Shown here: positions 25,176-32,000 of the stretch, piece after piece
Numbering within the stretch: position 1 is the stretch's first letter
How the letters are laid out: each line of letters starts with the position of its first letter
Assembly: GCA_934246625.1 (NCBI GenBank)
Contig: CAKQHZ010000001.1
Span: 300,001-332,000, forward strand
DNA length: 32,000 nucleotides
From: an uncultured Alphaproteobacteria bacterium
Lineage (GTDB): Bacteria > Pseudomonadota > Alphaproteobacteria > Rs-D84 > CACZYB01
Direction: 5' to 3'
The notes under the pieces: generated by a model
Database searches by the model: none
What the model was told of the DNA's origin: nothing
The model's input: only the letters and a program-made list of their open reading frames with translations
Position numbers and translations under genes: made by a program

Positions 25176-25194
25176 TTTTTTTGAGTTGAAAATA

Positions 25195-25226
25195 AGACCT
25201 CTCCTTTGTGAGAGGTTTTATTTTTG
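25195..25226 (+). terminator. rho-independent terminator after acpP
   Basis: ACCTCTC (25197-25203), loop ctttgt, GAGAGGT (25210-25216), then TTTTATTTTT. Confidence 0.7.
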
Positions 25227-25286
25227 TCTTGTAAAATATGCACCATTGTATTATTATTTTTTCAAATAAATTATAAGGACTTTATT

Positions 25287-26261
25287 ATGAATAAAACTTT
25301 ACTTACAGGAGTAAAACCTACTGGCAATCCACATATGGGAAATTTATTTGGTGCAATTTTGCCTATGATTGATTTGATAAATAAAAACGATGGAAAATCT
25401 TTTGTCTTTATCGCAAATATTCATGCCTTAAATGGTGTAAAAGATGTTGAGTTTTTAACTGAAAAAACTTATGAAATTGCAGCAACATTTCTTACTTTTG
25501 GTTTAAACCCTGAAAAAACAATTTTTTATAAGCAATCTGATATAAGTGAAATTTTTGAACTTACCTCTATTCTTATGAATTATACTCCAAAAGGATTGAT
25601 GAACCGTGCACATGCGTATAAGGCTATATTAGAAAAAGATGGTAATGATGATAATGTAAATATGGGTCTTTACACTTATCCTATTCTTATGGCTGCCGAT
25701 ATTTTGGCAATGAATTCTGATATTGTGCCAGTTGGACTTGACCAAAAGCAACATATTGAAATTGCTCGTGATATTGCAAATTCATTTAATGTTCTTTACA
25801 AAAACAATATTCTTAAACTTCCAGAAGAATATATCCAACACGAAGAATCTATTATCGGTTTAGATGGTCGCAAAATGAGTAAGTCATACAAAAATACCAT
25901 TGAAATTTTTGCAACCGAAGATGATACCACTAAAAAAATTATGAAAATTCCAACAGATAATCTTCTTCCAAGTGATGCAAAACCTGATAATTCTACACTT
26001 TATAAACTTATGGAAATGTTTAAAGTTCCAGAAAGTTATTTGCAAAATTATTTACGTGGTGGAATTGGTTATGGTGATGCAAAGAAAACTCTTGCAAAAG
26101 CTGTAAATACTTATTTGGCTCCTTATCGTGAAAAATTTAATGTTTTAATGGCAAATAAAAGTAAAATTGATGAGGCATTAAAACTTGGTGCGATAAAGGC
26201 TCGCGAGGAAGCAAGAAAGACATTAAATAAAGTAAAACAAACATTGGGACTTATTGACTAA
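25287..26261 (+). CDS. trpS: tryptophan--tRNA ligase
   Basis: TGVKPTGNPHMGN (HIGH region), GLDQKQHIE, KMSKS. I chose the ATG at 25287 behind AAGGA rather than the track's upstream start. Confidence 0.9.
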   Translation: MNKTLLTGVKPTGNPHMGNLFGAILPMIDLINKNDGKSFVFIANIHALNGVKDVEFLTEKTYEIAATFLTFGLNPEKTIFYKQSDISEIFELTSILMNYTPKGLMNRAHAYKAILEKDGNDDNVNMGLYTYPILMAADILAMNSDIVPVGLDQKQHIEIARDIANSFNVLYKNNILKLPEEYIQHEESIIGLDGRKMSKSYKNTIEIFATEDDTTKKIMKIPTDNLLPSDAKPDNSTLYKLMEMFKVPESYLQNYLRGGIGYGDAKKTLAKAVNTYLAPYREKFNVLMANKSKIDEALKLGAIKAREEARKTLNKVKQTLGLID

Positions 26262-26262
26262 A

Positions 26263-27981
26263 ATGAATTTTATAAAAGACACATTAGAGAAAATTATTAA
26301 AGACGCATTAACTCAACTTGAATATCCTATACTTGAAAATGTTGAAATTGTAAGAGATTCTGACAGACCTGATTTATCAGATTTTCAATCAAATATTGCT
26401 ATGGCTTTGGCAAAACAACTTAAGCAAAACCCACGTAAAATTGCCGAAAATATCGTTGCAAAAATTGATAACCCAGAAATAACATTTTCTATTGATGGAC
26501 CTGGGTTTATTAACATAATTCTTTCAAATGAATTTGTCGCAAAAATTTTAAATGAAAATGTTTCACGTGAAACATTTAATCCTCAACCTCAAACAAATCC
26601 AAAAAAAATTATTATTGATTATGGTGGTCCAAATGTTGCAAAGTCTTTGCATGTGGGACATCTTCGTTCAAGTATTATTGGTGAAGCATTAAAAAACCTT
26701 GCAAAATATAAAGGATATAATGTAATTGGTGATATTCATCTTGGTGATTGGGGACTTCCTATGGGATTGATTATTGCATCAATAAAGGAAAAGGGATTGA
26801 AACTTCCACTTTCTATTGATGAATTAAACCCTATTTATCCAGAGGCTTCTAAACGTTCAAAGGTTGATGAAGAATTTATGGCAAAGGCTCAAGAGGAAAC
26901 AAAAAAACTTCAAAATGGCGACAAAGAAAATCGTGAAATTTGGAAAAGTTTTTGGACTACCTCAGTAAATGACATAAAAAAAATCTTATCCATTTTAAAT
27001 GTGGATTTTGATTTATGGTATGGTGAAAGCACTGCAAATGACGATGTAAATTTGCTTGTAAAAGAATTTAAAGAAAAGGGACTTGTAAAACCATCAGAAG
27101 GTGCAGAAGTTATTGATTTAAAGGATTTTCCAATGAATGGAACTGAAGTTCCTCCTTTTATTGTAATAAAATCAAATGGTGCTGTAATGTATGGTATGAC
27201 AGATATTGCAACCTTGTATGACCGCATCAAAAGACAAAATGCTGATATGGTTTGGTATGTGGTTGATGCTCGTCAAGCATTGCATTTTCATCAAGTTTTC
27301 AGTGTTGCAAAAATTACTGACATAAAGGGAGATTGTCAACTTGAACATCTTGGATTTGGAACGGTCCTTGGTCAAGATAGCAAACCTCTTAAAACAAGAA
27401 ATGGGGATAACGTATCCTTAATGGAGCTTATTACTGATACTCTTGATTCTGCAAAAAAGAAAATTGAAGAAAATGAAAAAACTTCATCTTTGCCAGAAGA
27501 AGAAAAAAATAAAATTGCAAAAGATGTCGGTGTGTCTGCATTAAAATTTGCAGATTTGATAAATCCAAGGACATCTGATTATATTTTCAATCTTGATAAA
27601 TTTGTAAGTTTTGAAGGTAAAACTGGACCTTATATTTTATATACCGCAGTTCGAATAAAATCTTTGCTTCGTGATGCTGGTAATGATTTTGAAATGGGAA
27701 ATATAACTCTTGCAAATGTTTATGACAAAGCCTTGGCAATAAAAATTTGTGAGTTTAATAATGCTGTGGATAGAGCATTTGAGACAAGAGGTATTCACAT
27801 ACTTGCACAATATGTTTATGATTTGGCTGTTTGCTTTAACAATTTTTATCATAATGTGAAAATTATGACAGAAGAAAATGTTAATCAAAAAAATTCATGG
27901 TTAAAGTTATCAAAAATTGTTTTGACTATATTTGAAACTTTTGCAAAAATTATTAAAATAGATATACCTGAAAGGATGTAA
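26263..27981 (+). CDS. argS: arginine--tRNA ligase
   Basis: DYGGPNVAKSLHVGHLRSSIIGEAL (HIGH region) plus N-terminal and anticodon-binding domain patterns. The ATG at 26263 is 1 nt after the trpS stop. Confidence 0.9.
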   Translation: MNFIKDTLEKIIKDALTQLEYPILENVEIVRDSDRPDLSDFQSNIAMALAKQLKQNPRKIAENIVAKIDNPEITFSIDGPGFINIILSNEFVAKILNENVSRETFNPQPQTNPKKIIIDYGGPNVAKSLHVGHLRSSIIGEALKNLAKYKGYNVIGDIHLGDWGLPMGLIIASIKEKGLKLPLSIDELNPIYPEASKRSKVDEEFMAKAQEETKKLQNGDKENREIWKSFWTTSVNDIKKILSILNVDFDLWYGESTANDDVNLLVKEFKEKGLVKPSEGAEVIDLKDFPMNGTEVPPFIVIKSNGAVMYGMTDIATLYDRIKRQNADMVWYVVDARQALHFHQVFSVAKITDIKGDCQLEHLGFGTVLGQDSKPLKTRNGDNVSLMELITDTLDSAKKKIEENEKTSSLPEEEKNKIAKDVGVSALKFADLINPRTSDYIFNLDKFVSFEGKTGPYILYTAVRIKSLLRDAGNDFEMGNITLANVYDKALAIKICEFNNAVDRAFETRGIHILAQYVYDLAVCFNNFYHNVKIMTEENVNQKNSWLKLSKIVLTIFETFAKIIKIDIPERM

Positions 27982-27983
27982 AA

Positions 27984-28700
27984 ATGATGACAAATACATT
28001 GCAAATAATACTACCTATAATAATTTTATTACCAACATATTTGATTGGAAGTATTCCTTTTGGTTTGGTCCTTACAAAAACCTTTTTAAGACAAGATATA
28101 CGTAAAATTGGAAGTGGAAATATCGGTGCAACAAATGTGCTTCGCACTGGGTCAAAAATACTTGCAATCCTAACTGTGATTCTTGACGCAATGAAACCAT
28201 ATTTTGCATATCATATTGTAAAGGGATTGATGAAATTTATATATGGTAAAGATGCAATGTTTTTATTTTTCGGAATAAACCAATTTAATACATATATAAC
28301 TATTGCAATAGTTGCAATTACTATACTTGCACATTGCTTTCCTATCTATCTTAAATTCAAGGGTGGTAAAGGTGTTGCAACAGTTTTTGGAAGTTTGTTC
28401 CTTTTTTCAACAAAGGTTAAATTCCTTTGCATAAATTGGTATTTGCTTCCTTTGGCTGGATTGGCAACTTGGCTTTTGATTGCAATCATATCAAAAAAAT
28501 CTTCTTTGTCTGCTTTGTTGACTGCTGTGTTGCTTCCTTTGTATGTGTATTTTTTAACTCCTAGAGAATTAACAACATCTACACTTACAATATTTTATGT
28601 ATTTGTTTCTTTGTTTGTAATTGTAAGACACAAATCAAATATTAAACGCTTGCTTAATGGTGAAGAAAGCAACATAAAACTTTCAAAAGAAAAAAAATAA
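27984..28700 (+). CDS. plsY: glycerol-3-phosphate acyltransferase PlsY
   Basis: YLIGSIPFGLVLTK...DIRKIGSGNIGATNVLRTG and KGGKGVAT, in a polytopic membrane protein. Confidence 0.9.
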   Translation: MMTNTLQIILPIIILLPTYLIGSIPFGLVLTKTFLRQDIRKIGSGNIGATNVLRTGSKILAILTVILDAMKPYFAYHIVKGLMKFIYGKDAMFLFFGINQFNTYITIAIVAITILAHCFPIYLKFKGGKGVATVFGSLFLFSTKVKFLCINWYLLPLAGLATWLLIAIISKKSSLSALLTAVLLPLYVYFLTPRELTTSTLTIFYVFVSLFVIVRHKSNIKRLLNGEESNIKLSKEKK

Positions 28701-29828
28701 ATGGATAAAGCGACCAAAGATAAAATTGATTATATAAGATTGGCAAATACCGATGGTATTGGTCAGGTTTTGTTTTTTCGACTTTTGAATAAATATGGTG
28801 ATGTGCAAAAGGCCTTAGATTTTTTGGAAAATGAACGAAAGGTAAAAACTTTTCCAAAGGCAATGGCAGAAGAAGAGTTTGAAAAGGCAGAAAAGCAAAA
28901 CATCACTATGTTATTTTTCTGTGATGAAAAGTATCCGTTTTTATTGAAACAAATTTATGATGTGCCACCAGTTTTGTATGTAAAGGGTAATGTTGACGCA
29001 TTATCAAGAAAAAATGTAGCTATTGTTGGGTCAAGAAATGCCTCTATCAACAGCCGTCATTTCACTTCTATCATATCTCGTGAACTTGTAGATAATGATT
29101 TTTGTGTTGTTTCAGGTATGGCAATAGGTATTGATACAGAAGCACATAATGGTGCAATATCCTCACATAAAAATAATATGGGGAAAACTGTGGCTGTGCT
29201 TGCTGGTGGAGTGGATAATATTTACCCTCTTTCAAACAGAATTTTATACAACCAAATAATTGAAGAAGGTGCTGTTGTATCCGAAATGAAAATCGGGACA
29301 CAACCTCAAGCGAATCTTTTTCCTCGCCGTAATAGAATAATTTCTGGGTTATCACTTGGAACCGTGATTATGGAAGCAAGTATTAAATCAGGAAGTCTTA
29401 TTACTGCAAGGTTTGCGATGGAACAAGGTAGAGAAGTTTTCGCAGTGCCAAATTTTCCAATGGACCCACGTGCTGGCGGAACAAACGAATTGATTAAAAA
29501 TGGTGCGACTTTGGTTTCTTCGGTTGAAGATATTATAAGCTCACTTAATAATACTCCGATTGAAAAGTTTCAAAAGGTTGAAAATCGTGATTTGTTTGTA
29601 AAGGAAGACTTAGTTGAAATTTATTCCGAAGATATTGAGTTTGAAAATGTGGATTTGGAAAATCAAATACTTTCACTTTTGAATTCAACTCCTGTTAGCA
29701 TAGATATTGTTATTCGTGAACTTTCACAAAAATATAGTCATGCACAAATTTCAAATGCTCTTCTTAATTTGGAACTTGATGACAAAATTATATACCCAAG
29801 TATGGGCAAAATTATTTTAAAGTTATAA
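28701..29828 (+). CDS. dprA: DNA-processing protein DprA
   Basis: VAIVGSRNAS, SGMAIGIDTEAHNGA, FPRRNRIISGLS. The start codon directly follows the plsY stop. Confidence 0.9.
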   Translation: MDKATKDKIDYIRLANTDGIGQVLFFRLLNKYGDVQKALDFLENERKVKTFPKAMAEEEFEKAEKQNITMLFFCDEKYPFLLKQIYDVPPVLYVKGNVDALSRKNVAIVGSRNASINSRHFTSIISRELVDNDFCVVSGMAIGIDTEAHNGAISSHKNNMGKTVAVLAGGVDNIYPLSNRILYNQIIEEGAVVSEMKIGTQPQANLFPRRNRIISGLSLGTVIMEASIKSGSLITARFAMEQGREVFAVPNFPMDPRAGGTNELIKNGATLVSSVEDIISSLNNTPIEKFQKVENRDLFVKEDLVEIYSEDIEFENVDLENQILSLLNSTPVSIDIVIRELSQKYSHAQISNALLNLELDDKIIYPSMGKIILKL

Positions 29829-29837
29829 GGGGCTTTT

Positions 29838-32000
29838 ATGCAAAATAAAAATATTGAATTATTATCTCCTGCGGGAAATTTTGAATGTGGAATTGCTGGC
29901 TTTTCATACGGAGCAGATGCAATTTATTTAGGACTTAAAAACTTTTCTGCTCGTGCTGATGCAATGAATTTTTCAAATGAAGAATTGTATGCAATTACAA
30001 ATTATGCACACCAACATAATAAAAAGGTTTATGTCGCAATCAATACCGTTATTCAAAATAATGAAATTCCTGAATTGTTGGAAAAACTTGCCCTTGTAAA
30101 AGATGCAAAAGTTGATGCTCTTATAATTCAAGATTTCGGTGTTGTGGACCTTATCAAACAATATTTCCCAGAATTAGAAATGCACGCAAGCACTCAAATG
30201 GCTGTGCACAATTTAGATGGGGCAATCGCACTTAAAAATCTTGGGTTTTCAAGATGTGTTCTTGCCAGAGAATTATCATTAAATGAAATTGAAAATATTA
30301 CAAAAAATTGTGGTATAGAAACCGAAGTATTTATCCATGGAGCTCTTTGTTATTCATACAGCGGACTTTGTATGTATTCTTCTTTTGTAAAGGGAGAATC
30401 TGCAAATCGTGGTAAATGCACCTATCCATGCAGAAAACTTTATGACGGCGACCACCCTTATGCAATGAAGGATTTATGCCTTGGCAATGATGTAAAAAAA
30501 CTTTGTGATATTGGGGTTGCATCTCTTAAAATAGAAGGTCGAAAAAAAACTCCGTTATATGTATCTGCAACAACCGATTATTACCGAAAAATACTTGATG
30601 AAAAAGATACAAAAGGTTTAATTGAAAATATAAAGCGAATCTTTGCACGACCATTTACAGAACTTCATTTTAATGGGAAAAACAAAGATGTTATTGATAG
30701 AGATTTTTCGGGTCCTCGTGGACTTTTTATTGGAAAAATTTCAAATGTAAAGCGAAATTCTATTGTATTTAAAACTTTGTATCCTATATCAAAACACGAT
30801 GGACTTTTAATTCCTGTGATGGGTAATGATAAACCTTTTGGATTTGCACTTGATAATATGAAAATCGCTGGAAAATATACCTTTATTGCAAACAAGGGTG
30901 ATGTTGTGGAGGTCAAACTTCCTGATAATGCTCCAGATGTAAAGGTCGGAATGGAAGTATTTTGTGCATCTTCTATGGAAGTAAAGGGAAGTTATCCTTA
31001 TCAAATACCAGCTCTTGCTTCACTTTGCAAAAAGGAAAAAATTGACATTGCTGTAAAGCTAACAAATTCAAAAATTTCTGCATCTGCAGTAATTGATAAT
31101 AACAATATTATTGAGGAAATTGATGGTAGTTTTGATAAGGCTCAAAATTTAGAAAAGATGAAGGAAAGTTGCATTAACGCATTTTCAAAAATGGGTGATA
31201 CATCTTTTGAACTTGGTAATTTTGAATATGAAAATAACGGAGTATTTGCACCTATTTCAATTCTTAATAACCTAAGACGAAATTTGATGGAAAAGGTTGA
31301 AAATAAAAAATCAGAAAGAAAACTTTATATTCCAGAAGTTAAAAAATTTGTGGAAGGTGAAGTTGCAAAACCAAAAGCAATTATTAAAATTGATAATGAA
31401 AAATATTTGGATAAATTTGATTTGAATGACTTTGGCAATCTTTATGAAGTAATTATTGATATTGATGCGGACTTTTCCAATTTAAACCCAAATACTCCAA
31501 AAGATAAAATTAGAATTGCAATTCCAACTATTATTCGAAATGGTGCTATGCCACGAATAAAAGAAAAAATAAAGGACCTTTTATCAAAGGGATATAAGAA
31601 ATTTCAAATTGCAAATATTTCTGGATTAAATTTGATAAACGAATTTGGAATTGTTGATTTTACAACGGAATATCAACTTTATACACTTAACAATTTTGCA
31701 ATAGATTTTTGGAAGAATTGTGGAGCAAAACGAATCACTTTAAGTGTAGAAGACAGCAAAGAAAATATGAATTCTATACTTAAACATTTTGCACCAATAT
31801 GTGATGTAATTTGTTATCAAGATACTCCTTTATTCATTGCGGATAATTGTACTGGCGATTGTAAAAATTGTGGAAAAAAGGCAAATACTATTGTAAAACA
31901 TTGCCGAAATTTTGTTTTAACAGAAAAGCCATTTTGTTGTAATGGTAAAATTTCAGAACTTTTAAAACCATTTGCATACAGATACGATTTTTGTTTCAAA
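29838..32000 (+). CDS. long-form peptidase U32-family protein (family of Fe-S dependent RNA/quinone hydroxylases), 3' end off the window
   Basis: Hand translation: MQNKNIELLSPAGNFECGIAGFSYGADAIYLG...EVFIHGALCYSYSGLCMYSSFVKGESANRGKCTYPCRK (U32 signature with four Cys)...SLKIEGRKK. There are 721 codons open to the window end. AAGGGG Shine-Dalgarno site. Confidence 0.85.
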   Translation, partial: MQNKNIELLSPAGNFECGIAGFSYGADAIYLGLKNFSARADAMNFSNEELYAITNYAHQHNKKVYVAINTVIQNNEIPELLEKLALVKDAKVDALIIQDFGVVDLIKQYFPELEMHASTQMAVHNLDGAIALKNLGFSRCVLARELSLNEIENITKNCGIETEVFIHGALCYSYSGLCMYSSFVKGESANRGKCTYPCRKLYDGDHPYAMKDLCLGNDVKKLCDIGVASLKIEGRKKTPLYVSATTDYYRKILDEKDTKGLIENIKRIFARPFTELHFNGKNKDVIDRDFSGPRGLFIGKISNVKRNSIVFKTLYPISKHDGLLIPVMGNDKPFGFALDNMKIAGKYTFIANKGDVVEVKLPDNAPDVKVGMEVFCASSMEVKGSYPYQIPALASLCKKEKIDIAVKLTNSKISASAVIDNNNIIEEIDGSFDKAQNLEKMKESCINAFSKMGDTSFELGNFEYENNGVFAPISILNNLRRNLMEKVENKKSERKLYIPEVKKFVEGEVAKPKAIIKIDNEKYLDKFDLNDFGNLYEVIIDIDADFSNLNPNTPKDKIRIAIPTIIRNGAMPRIKEKIKDLLSKGYKKFQIANISGLNLINEFGIVDFTTEYQLYTLNNFAIDFWKNCGAKRITLSVEDSKENMNSILKHFAPICDVICYQDTPLFIADNCTGDCKNCGKKANTIVKHCRNFVLTEKPFCCNGKISELLKPFAYRYDFCFK

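Noticed and set aside
1-32000. Alternative genetic code (TGA=Trp or TGA=Gly), considered because of the AT-richness and the lack of TGA stops.
   Set aside because: Every conserved gene translates full length under the standard code with no internal TGA, and Trp positions use TGG. A reassigned TGA would be expected to appear in frame.
1-32000. Search for CRISPR arrays, tRNA, rRNA or tmRNA genes, transposases, integrases, and IS or prophage boundaries.
   Set aside because: Intergenic regions are short (mostly under 180 nt) and are accounted for by promoters, leaders and terminators. I saw no repeat-spacer periodicity, no cloverleaf-like sequence and no recombinase-like ORF.

Overview
This is an AT-rich chromosomal segment (about 30% GC by eye) from a Gram-negative bacterium. 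Gene content and order fit an alphaproteobacterium best: rpsF-rpsR-rplI without priB/ssb, L9 with a long Lys/Glu/Ala tail, plsY-dprA, a ~650 aa ParE, and the envelope genes TolB, MlaA, AsmA and CpoB. That taxonomic call is inference only. About 30 tightly packed genes are present, mostly housekeeping: murE, alr, pgi, parE, rsmA, rpsF/rpsR/rplI, rpsA, an rluC-like gene, mlaA, tolB, acpP, trpS, argS, plsY, dprA and a long U32-family gene. The partial ORFs at both window edges are missing from the supplied ORF track, so I translated them by hand. Several track ORFs start at upstream TTG codons; I trimmed these to ATG starts that have Shine-Dalgarno sites. I saw no rRNA, tRNA, CRISPR array, transposase, integrase or recognisable defence genes. 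I cannot demonstrate a clear-cut new multi-gene system. The best leads are: (1) one open frame encoding a full MurE that runs without a stop into a second MurE-like module; (2) a small gene between two terminators (11564-11708) whose L32-like, four-Cys reading frame is split by a +1 frame change at AGG-TGA; (3) two paralogous orphan type IV pilin/pseudopilin-like genes with an unusual G|RS(M/L)xE prepilin motif; (4) a cell-surface islet at 18.6-21.7 kb holding a major OMP, a pilin-like gene, an internally duplicated lipoprotein, and a near-leaderless ACP-fold protein that lacks the phosphopantetheine serine; (5) a UDG-fold protein with eroded catalytic motifs, translationally coupled to cpoB; (6) no TGA among the 28 stop codons in the window. 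All family assignments come from motif recognition by eye, not from database searches.
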